In this document: positions 1 to 11,669 of the stretch, in pieces
How the letters are laid out: every line of letters starts with the position of its first letter
Position numbering within the stretch: the stretch's first letter is position 1
Source: Eledone cirrhosa
Lineage: Eukaryota
Reading direction: 5' to 3'
Length of the DNA stretch: 64,000 bases
Assembly: GCA_964016885.1 (NCBI GenBank)
Contig: CAXHJY010000144.1
Location: forward strand, 1 to 64,000
The notes under the pieces: model-generated
Database searches by the model: none
The model's input: the letters and a program-made list of their open reading frames with translations, nothing else
What the model was told of the DNA's origin: nothing
Made by a program: the position numbers and the translations under genes

Positions 1-2960
1 TAATAATAATAATGAAATTATTGTGTAAAGTGCTCAGGTGCACTACAACTCGTCAATATAGTACATAGAATAATACACAAATGCCAGGGAAGTACATGTT
101 TGTATGTGTTAGCTGTAGTGTTGGCGGATCTTGGGAAGCATGGAGGCCTTAAAGGATGCAGTGTCTCGACAGCTAACAACTGATGCAGGTAGTTTGTTCC
201 ATGCTTCAGCAACTCTGAGCGTGAAAAAATGTTTCCGAAAGTCATGGGAACTGTGCTGTTTTCTTACTTTGTGGGCATGTCCACGTGTGGTAGACACATG
301 GAAATCGAAAAGGCACTCAGGGTTGTTGTTGGCAACATGGTTAACAATTTTGTGGGTGTTCACCAAGTCAGTTGCCAGGCGTCGGAGCTTCAATGAATCC
401 ATGCCCAGGGAAGCAAGGCGCTCAGAGTATGGTAGATGCCTGATGGAGGGTATTCGCTTGGTTGCACGTCTCTGAACAGTTTCCAGGCGGTCAATGTCCT
501 GAGCAAGATAGGGGTTCCAGACTGGTGATGCAAATTCTAAGTGTGGTCGCACCATAGCTGTATACAGCCTTAAATAGATATCTGGAGAGCGGCTGATAAA
601 GGTCTTGCTGAGTGATGCTAAGACACCCTCGGCCCTCTTGACAATTTTAGAGACGTGCCTCGTCCAACGCAAATCGCTGCTGACCGTAATGCCCAGGTCA
701 CGTTCACAGGAAGACTTCTTGATATTAGTGCTGTGGAGGGAGTATGTGGACGCTGGGTTTTTACTCCCAAAATGCATGGTGGTGCACTTGTCCACAGCTA
801 GCTTGAGTTGCCAGTCTGAGATCCACTGTTGCATTGTGTCCAGGTCAGACTGCAAGCAAGATCTATAGTGTTCAGGATCTGTCCTTTTTATCTCAAGGTA
901 CAGCTTGATGTCGTCTGCGTACTTTAGTACTGTGGCATTCCTTAAGTTGGCATCTATGTCATTAATATATGCCACAAACAAAAGGGGGCCAAGAACAGAT
1001 CCCTGAGGTACACCAGATGACATCTCATATGGTGAGGAATGCTGTCCCAGAACCGTGACTACCTCTCTTCGACTGAGAATGAAGGACTTCAACCAGTTAA
1101 AAAGATCATCCTTCACACCCATTGCAGAGAGTTTTGCCATAAGCCTTTTGTGCGGCACAGAATTGAAGGCCTTCGCAAAGTCAAGGTAAACAACATCCAC
1201 CCATGAGCCGCCATCAGTGATCCGGGTGATGTCCTCAAGAAACTCTATAAGTTGATCACAGCAGCTGGAGTTGGGGATAAATCCAAATTGCGAGGGCCGG
1301 ATAAGACTGTGAGAGCTCCAGAAGTTCCAAAGTGTTTCTCTGACACAGGATTCCATCAGTTTGGCGATGCAACTAGTAAGACTGACTGGATGATAGTTCA
1401 CAGGTGATGTGCGGTCACCCTTTTTGAACAGAGGAATTACACTGGCAGTTTTCCACTGTTCTGGAGTAGCACTGTTGTTCAGACAGAATTGGAAGAAGCG
1501 TGATAACTGGTGTAGAAGGAAGTACCCACCACGTTTAAGAAGCAGGTACGTAACACCATCAAGACCAGGAGAGGCATGGTTGCGTTTATTTTTTAGGTGA
1601 CGTCGCAGCATTGCAGGTGTAAATTCCATGGTTGTAATAGAGTCCGGTGTCATAGGTGGTGGAGATGGTACACTCTGGTCTTCAATGGTGAAAATGCCTG
1701 CATAGCATTCAGCAATGAGCTCTGCGCATTCCTTGGGGTCGTCAGTAACCTGGCTTGTGTGGGGATTGCGAAGAGGACCAACTGGAGAGTGAGGCCTCTG
1801 CTTTGAGTGAACATACTTCCAGAACACCTTACTGTCAGGGCTGGTTGCTATGCGCTGCTCAAATTGAAGCACTGCCTTTTTTGTCACCTGTTTGAGGTGG
1901 TTGGACGATCTATTTCGCCTCTTCCTATTAATGTCTGATTTGTGAAGTTTGTACTCACGTTCAGCATTGCGCCGTTCTTTTCTGGCAAGACGGACTGCTG
2001 CAGTCTCCCAAATTGCGCTTTTAGGATGTTTTTTTTTTTCCGCTTACGTGGCACCGATGCTGCACATGCTGTCCATATTGAGCTCAGGATGTTCTGGAGT
2101 ACAGTGTTGACATCTCCAGAGTCATAGAACTCAAGCCAGTTTGGCCGTTGCAACTCGGTGCAGTAACAGTTCCAGTCTGCTTTATTCCAGTCAAAGTGAG
2201 CAGTTTGGAGATGGTTGTGGTTCTTGTTACTGCCCATGAGGGATAGATTGGCAATGATCATAGCATGATCAGAGTCACCCAAAGGTTCCTCAGCAGTAAC
2301 ACTAATGACCGTTTCAGGAGTAGTGGTGAAGAGTAGGTCCAAAGTGTTGTCACCTCTCGTTGGGGAGGTGACCACCTGGGACCAACTCGAGTCCAGCACC
2401 AGCTCAAGGAAGTCATTTGCACTTGGCGGCCAACGAAAGGTCTCCCAGTCAATCTCAGGGTGATTGAAGTCACCTGCAATGAAAACATAAGTGGCTGTCT
2501 TCCTGGCAGCAGCTCTGAGGATATCACAAAGTTGAGTGTCCTGATGGTAATTTGGGGGACGGTAAACGACTCCAAGTAGCAGTGTTGACATGGTCATACG
2601 TATATCGCAGAAAAAAACTTCCTGCTGTGATTGGTTCAAATCAGCACAAGGAATTGCCGACAGATTTGACCGAACGTAGACCATTACACCACCACCACGA
2701 CGATTAATACGGTCTTTACGAAACAGGTTGTAGCCAGTCATGCTGAAAACCCCATCACAGAGTAAGGGAAGTGCCCAAGTTTCCGTGACTGTAATGAAGT
2801 CCGGGTTGATACTTTTGACGTAGAAGTCAAAAAGATGAATCTTATTGCATAGACTACGTGCATTCAAGGACAACAGTTTGTACTTTGATTCCAGTCTATG
2901 ATTATGTGCAGGGGATGGCAGGTTGTTCTGATTTAGTTTCCCAGAGTTTTTTCAGTTTCT
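1..2960 (-). mobile_element. CR1/L2-type LINE, 5'-truncated, near-intact ORF2
   Basis: APE endonuclease ORF 1884-2873 (SLNARSL, ITVTETW, AGDFNHP, LDLLF, SDH) and RT ORF 109-1887 (LDFAKAF, SGVPQGSVLGP, YADD) with a CR1-like C-terminus (TRGH, FFTLRVAEAWNKLP). (ATT)n tail at 1-13. Confidence 0.93.
109..2873 (-). pseudogene. LINE ORF2 (APE+RT) split by one frameshift in an A11 run (T11 at 2029-2039)
   Basis: Adding one A joins the two ORFs through an open linker (RKKKKHPKSAIWETAAVRLARK...). Confidence 0.85.
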
Positions 2961-2962
2961 TT

Positions 2963-3190
2963 ATGTGTGGATGTGTGTGTGTGTGTGTGTGAGAGAGAAG
3001 AGCACTATCTCTGCATGAATGTTATCCTTCCTTGTATGTGTGTGTGGATGTGTGTGTGTGTGAGAGAAGAGCACTATCTCTGTATGAATGTTATCCTTCC
3101 TCGTATGTATGTATGTGTGGGTGTGTGTGTGTGTGTGAGAGAGAGATAAGAGAGCACTATCTCTGTAACAATGATATCCCTCCCTGTATG
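2963..3190. repeat. ~70-bp compound tandem repeat (3 copies) with (GT)n spacers
   Basis: gagcactatctctg...atgttatccttcc recurs at ~3000, ~3070 and ~3153. Confidence 0.8.
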
Positions 3191-3361
3191 TATGTTTGTA
3201 TGTGCATGCATGCATGGATATCTTTTATTTATATGTATGTGTATGTATGTGTATGTATGTGTTAATATGTGCATGTGTATATATTTGTATCTGAGTGTGT
3301 GTATGTATATATATATGTCAGTCTGTATATATATATGTCAGTCTGTATGTATATATGTGTA

Positions 3362-3420
<59 letters not shown>

Positions 3421-4021
3421 ATGTACCTATATATATATAGAGAGAGAGAGATGTCCCATATATATATAGATGTCCCACCCTTGCAAGCATGGAAAAGCGG
3501 ACGTAAAATGATGAATAGATAGATAGATAGATAGAGTTTGGGGGTTTTTTAAGCTGTATATTATAATCAATGTGGTGTGTTACCTGGCTTACCAATGTAT
3601 ACAATGAATTTTTTTCCCCTAGGTGCCAGGGAGACACTCAGCATATATCAGAAGCAATATTGAAGGAAAAACAACAACAACAACAACAATAATAATAATA
3701 ATAATAATAATAATAAAGCTACCTTTCTCCTATCTGGTTGCTACCAATAAAAAAAGACAAGTGGAAGAATAAACTGGCCAGATGTCTCAAATTTTCTCAA
3801 CATGTAATGTACCAGATGTAATATACAAGTACCACTCCTGACACTTGTTACTTTCATAAGTTACCACTATTGCAAGGATAGATACTATATATGCTTGCAT
3901 GGATGTGTGTGCATCCATATATGCACACACACCTATATACATGATGGCTTGCCATCAGTATGGCCATTGCACAGAGTTAGCAACCATGATAAAAACATTC
4001 ACTGGCATAAGCCAGCTACAA

Positions 4022-4052
4022 ACAAACATACATACATACATACATACATACA

Positions 4053-4086
<34 letters not shown>

Positions 4087-4144
4087 CATGCATGCATGCA
4101 TACATACATACATACATACATACATACATACATACATACATACA

Positions 4145-4172
<28 letters not shown>
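4022..4172. repeat. (CATA)n microsatellite
   Basis: Directly visible. Confidence 0.97.
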
Positions 4173-4175
<3 letters not shown>

Positions 4176-4380
4176 GCGAGTTTAGACATCTCCAAAGAAA
4201 TGCTTCCATGACAATGATCTTTTTTCTTTCAAAGAAATTCCATTCAATAATTACCTGATTAATAACAATCATTATCTGTCAATTGTTTCTTTGGCTTTTA
4301 TTATTATTTGGATTTTTAATCCCTTTTTATTTTATTGACAATTATCTTTCTTCCTTTTTCTTCTGGTTCACCACCCACTC

Positions 4381-4415
<35 letters not shown>

Positions 4416-4807
4416 CATATATGAAATTAAATAATATAATATTTCTGCTCTCTTCCCAATAAAATACTGTTTTCCTTTTCCCTTTTCACACCTATGGATA
4501 TTGACATCATCATCATCATTGTTTAACGTCTATCTTCCACGCTAGAATGGGTTTACATATATATATATATATAATTCTCTCTCTTTCTCTCACTCTCTCC
4601 CTCTCTCTTTCTCTCTCTCTCCCTCTCTCTTTCTCTCTCTCTCTACCTAGCTATCTATTTCTCTCTTCCCTCTATAAGTTAATGAACTGTTAAAACCTTT
4701 AATGAAAGTGTTCAGTGAAGCTAACTTAATAAACATTTGGTCATTAGATATATATATAATTGTGCAGTGTTATTCAGAGAAATCTATATTCCATTATCAT
4801 TGAATGA

Positions 4808-4998
4808 AGGGCGGTGGATTGGCGGTATCGGTAGAGGGTCGGACGCCATGCTTTCCAGCATAGTTACGTCCCTTTACGATCTGAGTTCAAATCCCGCCGA
4901 GGTTGACTTTGCCTTTCATCCTTACGGGGTCGATAAAATAAAGTACCAGTTATGCACTGGGTAATTGCTGGCCTTGTGCCTAAAGTAGAAACAATTAT
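4808..4998 (+). mobile_element. tRNA-derived SINE (family A)
   Basis: A-box-like tggcggtatcggtag, B-box gagttcaaatcc, tail tagaaacaatta. Many homologues at 38785-40936. Confidence 0.85.
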
Positions 4999-5012
4999 CA
5001 TTGAATTATTAT

Positions 5013-5180
5013 AGTGGACACAGCATAGTCAAATGGTTAAGAAGATTGTTTTGTAATCATTAGATCCTAGGTTTAATCTCACTGTATGGCATCTTAGACA
5101 AGTGTCGTTTGCCATAGCTTTCGGGTGACCCATGCCCCATAAGTGAAACTGGGTAGAAGAAAATGTTTAGAAGCCCATTG
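5013..5180 (+). mobile_element. Degenerate tRNA-derived SINE remnant
   Basis: Decayed A/B boxes (tagtcaaatggttaag, ggtttaatctc) followed by a SINE-like body. Confidence 0.5.
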
Positions 5181-5608
5181 GATGGGCTATAGCTGTAATT
5201 GAATGGGTCAGTAATGTCACACTGAATTTTATTTAGATTAATATTACAGGTAAACATGTCTGTGGAATGCTCAGCCACTTGCATGTTAATTTCATTTGCT
5301 GGCTACTCAATTGATTGAACAACTTGAATACTCATCGTCAAAACTGACAGAAGCCCATTTCAGATTATTATACCAAGTATGGGCCCAGATGTGGGTGTGA
5401 GGTTAAGAAGTTTGCTTTGCAACAACCACACAATTCAGGGTTACAATTTCACCAGTGCATGATATATATATATTTATATGTAATCTGAGTTTTTCGAATA
5501 TTAATAATAACATTCGATTCATTTGCAATTATGCAAACAAGCCTCAATTTTATAGCCATGTCAGTAGAATGAACACTGCATTCTTGCTCTTGTGTTGGCA
5601 TGCGAACA

Positions 5609-5658
5609 GAACTACAGACACTAATGTTTCTGGGTATCACCCTTCATCAGTACAGCTC
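5609..5658 (-). ncRNA. Type I hammerhead ribozyme (inverted copy)
   Basis: Reverse complement of the 6039-6088 motif. Stem I gagctgta/tgtagttc. Confidence 0.8.
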
Positions 5659-6038
5659 ACTGTTCACCTGCCAAACTGTCGCATGCCAACACAAGAGCAA
5701 GAATGAAGTGTTCATTCTACTGACATGGCTATAAAATTGATGCTTGTTTGCATAATTGCAAATGAATCGAATGTTATTATTAATATTCGAAAAACTCAGA
5801 TTACATTTATTGTATTCAGCCATGTAGAGCAAATTTTTCTTTTTTATTTATCGCCCATATACAGGAAACTGACTGGCCAGTCTGCTGATATGCAAATCTG
5901 GCTGATCAGTGGATCTGCTACTATGCAGATCTGACTGATCAGCCAGTCTGCTAATATGCAAATCAGGCCGATCAGTCACTGTATTATTGAAAATAGCATA
6001 TATTTTCACTAGCTCTGACAGTTTGGCAGGTCAACAGT

Positions 6039-6088
6039 GAGCTGTACTGATGAAGGGTGATACCCAGAAACATTAGTGTCTGCAGCTC
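6039..6088 (+). ncRNA. Type I hammerhead ribozyme
   Basis: Stem I gagctgta/tgcagctc, CTGATGA core, stem II gggt/accc, GAAA, stem III aca/tgt, GUC site at 6078-6080. Confidence 0.85.
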
Positions 6089-6283
6089 TGTTCACATGCC
6101 AACACAAGAGCTAGAATGCAGTGTTCATTCTACTGACATGGCTATAAAATTGATGCTTGTTTGCATAATTGCAAATGAATCGAATGGTATTATTAATATT
6201 CGAAAAACTCAGATTACATTTATTGTACTCAGCCATGTAGAACGAATTTTTCTTTTTTCATATATATATATTTATATATATAT

Positions 6284-6319
<36 letters not shown>

Positions 6320-6326
6320 TATATAT

Positions 6327-7920
6327 CATCATCATCATCATCATCAACGTTTAACGTCCGTGTTCCACGCTTGCATGGGTTTGGACGGGGGTAGTCCCAC
6401 TTGAGGCAAGAGTGATTGTCTTGCTCGCATAGGACTGTCTGGCAGGTTTTCTACAGTTGGATGCCCTTCCTAACACCAACCACATTTACAGTGTGGGTCT
6501 GGGAGGTTTTTACCGTGTTGCCTACACGGCCACATTACAGCGTGGACTGTGTGTTTTTTTGTCGTGACACCTACACGATCTCATTTGTTTCGGCCTGGAT
6601 GGCGCGGCACCAACATAACTTTACATAGAATGGGGTGGTGTGGATGGGGTGGGGGTGGTGGGACGGGGTGTATTTTGTTAGAGATGCCTACTGGCTGGAG
6701 TAGGTTTTACTATATATTTAGGTAAGGCGGGTCTTCTCTGTTACTGAGTACCGCCAAAGGTCTTGGTCCAGTGACATTGTCTTGGAGAGGTGTAAGTGTG
6801 TGATGTCGGAGTTTATCAGCTCGTCCCAGGTTTTTCTAGGTCTGCCTATTCCGTGACTACCGTCTATCTTTATTGCCCTGCACTTTGTTATACAGCTATC
6901 GACTTTCATGCGCATCACGTGTCTATACCAACGTAGCCTTCTCTCGAGTAAACAACATCTGATCCCTCTTATCTCTAATTTTTTCCTTAGTTCGTTTATG
7001 CTTTGCCGTTCACGTATATTACTGTTACACATCCAGCGGAGCATGCAAGCTTCGTTCCTCTCTAGTCTGCGTATATCCTCTGCACACAATGCCCAGGTCT
7101 CACTGCCATGCAACATTGCTGTTCGTATGCAGGCATCGTACAACCTGCCTTTCATTTTTAGGGAGAACCCTTTAGCAGCTAATAGTGGTATAAGCTCTCT
7201 GAACTTTTTCCAACCAGTTCTGACTCTAGCTACAGTACTTTCAGAGCACCCTCCCCCACTGCTGATTTTATCGCCCAGGTAACGGAAGCTGTCCACTATT
7301 TCTATAGAACCCTCTGCGCAATTGAAAGAGCTAGTATTTTGTGGGCACTTGCTGCTACTTATTGCACCAGAACACCGGCCACATGTAAAATCTATGTTCT
7401 TAGTTAGCTTACCTGTGATCCCACTACATCTTTTATGCACCCATACTTTGCATTTAGGACATAAAATGGAGTTTCTACCTACGCCTTTCCTACACACCGA
7501 GCACGACCATTTCCCAGAAGGGACCGCCGCCTTGTTTTCTTTCCTACAAACTAGAACTTTGGTCTTAGCCAGGTTAATTTTAAGTCCTTTTGACTCTAGG
7601 CCATGCTTCCATGTTTGGAATTTCTTCTCTAGCTCGGCCATTGATTCCGCTATGAGTGTCAGGTCATCTGCGTATAGGAGTTCCCATGGGCAGCCTGTCT
7701 TGAACTCCTCTGTTATAGCCTGAAGGGCAATAATAAATAGTAGGGGGCTGAGAACAGAGCCCTGATGGACGCCAACTTTTACGTTAAACTCTTCACTATA
7801 TTCGTTGTTAATTCTAACCTTGCTGACTGTTTCTTTATACATGGCTTGTATAGCCCTCACAAGCCATTCGTCAACGCCTAGTTTTCTAAGAGCCCACCAG
7901 ATAATGGAGCGGGCGACTCT
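6327..7920 (-). mobile_element. RTE-type LINE, 5'-truncated (RT C-terminal half plus 3' UTR)
   Basis: GVHQGSVLSP, YADD, FRYLG and GRPRKTW motifs. (GAT)n tail. Flanked by (TA)n. Confidence 0.93.
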
Positions 7921-8033
7921 ATATATATATATCATCATCATCATCATCATTATCATTTTATTTTCCATACTTGCATGGGTCAGATGGGTTATCCATGCTA
8001 TGAGACAAATCTGAGGCGAACTTACATACTGAG

Positions 8034-8125
8034 GCATATCTGAGGATCTTTCAATTTCAGAGTCAGGTCCGATCAATAATAGAGCTTTCCTTGAGCTGAT
8101 CGACAGTGAAACATATGTAATATGT
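8034..8125 (+). ncRNA. Type I hammerhead fold with long stem II insert, in a ~170-bp repeat
   Basis: gcatat-CTGAGGA...GAAA-catatg-TA-atatgt, palindromic stem III ACATATGT. A second, degenerate copy lies at ~9876-10040. Confidence 0.65.
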
Positions 8126-8175
8126 TATTAAATATGTTATGATGCAACACTGATTCTTTGTTCCTTAATTCTTAT

Positions 8176-9060
8176 ACTATATATACTATAAAGCTGACGG
8201 CCGTATGTAAGTAACAAACTTTCCACCAAGCGGCTGGTCCAAACGGCACCAAATTTGCACCATAGATGTAACTTTTTTCAAGTAAGAAAGTGAGGGTATT
8301 TTTGTCTACTGAATTTTGTTAAAAGATTAAAGACATTATTTAAATATTCACTTCTTTAAAATTTTCAAATGTCAACACTTCCGGTTATACGACATTCCTA
8401 ACGTCTTCACGAACCAAAGTATCATCTTCCTGTTTTCTTTCGGTTGCAACGTTTTTCGAAATATTTACTTCTGCATTCACAGATTAATTTTTTTTTATTT
8501 CAGAGATCCTGTTAAGAGTGAAAGCAGCGATTCTTTGCTTAAACTTTAATCTGTTATTTTAATATATATATATAATTATATGTACAGATATTTTTGCATA
8601 CACAAAAACAAAATATAAATAAACATATTTATTTCATGAAAGCACAGACGGCTTATCATCATTGTGACTGCCGAGATGCCACCCAAAAAGTCCCAGCCTG
8701 GCCGCAAGATCAGATTTTCCAGAAGAAAAAATGTTATAACAAACGTATTTATTGCACGAAAGCTCAGACGGCTTATCGTCATTGTTACTGCCGATATGCC
8801 ACCCAAAAAGTCCCAGCCTGGCCGCAAGATCAGATTTTCCAGAAGAAGAAATGTTACTAGAGCAACAGAGAGACTAAACTTCGCAATTACCATCAACAAA
8901 GCTCAGGGTCAAATCCTAAAAGCGGCTGGCCTTCATCTGGGAAAACCATGGTCAATTGTATGTAGGATGCTCTAGGTTGAGCTCGCCAAACAATCTCTTC
9001 ATCTTTGCTCCTGAGGGCCGAACAAAAAATGTTGTATACTCTGAGGCTCTAACAATGTAA
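8176..9060 (+). mobile_element. Non-autonomous Helitron derivative
   Basis: PIF1-helicase C-terminus remnant 8870-9050 (RLNFAITINKAQGQ...APEGRTKNVVYSEAL). Internal 120-bp tandem repeat at 8640-8856. Confidence 0.7.
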
Positions 9061-10063
9061 TTTATGTATTTTCTGTTACTTGGAATTTCCATTATAGTTG
9101 TACAAATTATTGTAAAGTTTGTTAAAAAATGTGTTCTCTATTCAACCTTTATTGTTGTAACTATCAATTTTCTTTAACGTACTGGCTGAGAAAAGAAACC
9201 TACAATGAAAGAACATCTTAAAGTTTACCCAAGCCAAATGTTGTATTTATTAACATTTCTATCTGCAGGTTCTTAGCAAGCTTACTGGCGCTTTAGTATG
9301 GTATTCAATTCTCATGTCGTTTTTGATTGATATGGTGCATATATCGCAGCTATTCATATGTTTTAAACATTAGATAACGATTGCTGATGTATATTGTATG
9401 ACAGAATTAGCTGAAAAATATTTTGAATGAACAAATAAAAGAGATATAAAAGAGAGATGTTTGTTGGTTGGTTCCTTCGCGTATCACACGAAAAAAAACG
9501 GAAAGTGACAATCGGAAAGTATGTACAGGATTGGGATAAGAGTATATCCAGGAAAGTTTATTAATACTAATTTTATAACACCAAAGAAAAGAAGAAGAAA
9601 GACATACCACGTATGCAAACCAACCTGACTGCTATTTCTAGCAGGTTGGGAATCAACCATAAGGGATTCTCTCTGCGAGTTCGTTGTCAGTGATGATTGT
9701 GTTTCGCAGCCTATGTCTCCGATTCCAACGGTGGTTTACACACACACGAACACTCACACACACATATATATATATACACAAACACACACACACAATACAC
9801 ACACACTGTAAACAAGACAATGCATTCAATACAGACGTTTCTCTTCTGCCGGTCTTCTCTTATAAACACCAACCACTGAGGCGAACTTACATACTGAGGC
9901 ATATCTGAGGATCTTTCAATTTCAGAGTCAGGTCCAATCAATAATAGAGCGTTCCTTGAGCTGATCGACTGAAAAATATGTAATATGTTATTAAATATGT
10001 TATGATGCAACACTGATTCTTTGTTCCTTAATTCTTATACTATATATATATATATATATATAT

Positions 10064-11662
10064 CAACATCATCATCATTGTTTAACGTCCATCTTCCACG
10101 CTAGCATCGTTTAGACGGTTTTGTTCCATTTGATGCGGGATTGGTCGGGAGACCGTGTCTTGCTTGTACAGAAGTCTCTCTGGCAGGTTTTCTACGGCTG
10201 GATACCATTCCTAACGCCAACCACTTTACAGTGTGGACTGGGTGCTTTTTGTTGTGTCACCGGCACAGTGGACAGAAATGGGAGGATGGGGTAGAGTGTG
10301 TGGGGTGGGGGGTCTATTGGGTTAAGAGGTGCCTACTGACTGTAGGTTTGTATGCAAGGGAAAGCAGGTCTTCTGTACAACTGCATAGCGCCAAAGATCT
10401 CGATTCAGTGACATTGTCTTAGAGAGGTGTAAGTGAGCAAGGTCAGTTTTTATCACCCCGTCCCAGGTTTTTCTTGGTCTACTCACTCCGTAACTTCCAT
10501 CAATTTTCATTGCTCTGCACTTTTTTATACAGCTGTCGTCTTTCATACGCATCACATGGCCATACCAACGCAATCTCCTCTCCAGAACACAACGTTTGAT
10601 ACCTCTTTTACTTAGTCTCTCAATTCGTTTATGCTTCGCCGTTCGCGCACATTACTATTACACATCCATCGAAGCATGCAATCTTCATTTCTTTCTAATC
10701 TACGCAAGTCTTCAGCACACAACACCCAGGTCTCACTACCATGTAATATCGCCGTTCGTATACATGCATCATACAATCTTCCTTTCACTTTTAGAGAAAA
10801 CCCCTTGTGGCCAACAGCGGTATTAGCTCTCTGAACTTTTTCCATCCCATTCTACTTCTGGCTACTACACTTTCAGAGCACCCTCCTTCACTGCTGATTT
10901 TGTCACCCAGGTAACAGAAAGTGTCTACTATTTCTATAGGACCATCTGGGCAGTTGAAGGAGATAGCATCCAGTGGGCACTTGCTACTTACTGCACCTGA
11001 GCATCGGCCACATATACAATCTACATTCTTAGATAGCTTACCTGTGATCCCACTACATCTTTTATGTACCCATTAGTTTGCATTTGGGACATAGAATGGA
11101 ATTTCTACCTACTCCTTTCTTACACACTGAGCATGGCCATTTCCCAGAGAACAACTGTGCCCTATCCTCCTTTCTACATACTAGAACTTTAGTCTTAGAT
11201 AAGTTAACTTTAAGGCCTTTTGATTCTAGGGCATGCTTACATGTTTGGAACTTCAGCCATGGATTCAGCTATGAGAATTAAATCATCTGCATATAGATGT
11301 TCCCATGAGCAGCCAGTCTTAAACCCTTCTGTTATAGCCTGTAGGACAATAATGAACAGGATGGGGCTAAGGATGGAGCCCTGGTGAACCCCTACTATTA
11401 CGCTAGATTCTTCACTATATTTATTGTTAACTGTTCCTCTATACATGGTTTGTATAGCTCTCACAAGCCATTCATCAACTCCTAGTTTTTTAAGAGCCCA
11501 CCATATTAAGGTGTGTGGGACTCTGTCAAAGGCCTTCTCCAAGTCAACAAAAGCTAAGTAGAGGAGTTTGCTTTTAGCTAGGTACTTTTCCTGTAGTTGC
11601 CGTACAAGGAAAAGAGGATCCGTGGTGCTTTTACCTGGCACAAACCCAAACTGCATTTCATC
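10064..11662 (-). mobile_element. Degenerate RTE-type LINE
   Basis: Fragmented RT ORFs (11237-11656, 10612-10845, 10322-10573) and a (GAT)n tail at the left end. Confidence 0.9.
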
Positions 11663-11669
11663 TATATAT

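Larger units (their letters stand above)
5478..6258 (+). mobile_element. Non-coding HHR-bearing repeat: inverted partial copy plus ~1.4 tandem units of ~413 bp
   Basis: 5478-5680 is the reverse complement of ~6017-6219. catgccaacacaagagc occurs at 5682 and 6095. Confidence 0.8.

Noticed and set aside
4180-4272. Possible small minus-strand exon (VIIEWNFFERKK...)
   Set aside because: Weak acceptor, no donor, and it runs into a microsatellite.
4808-4900. tRNA-like A/B boxes (also at 42045, 53510 and 38785)
   Set aside because: No cloverleaf. They are SINE heads.
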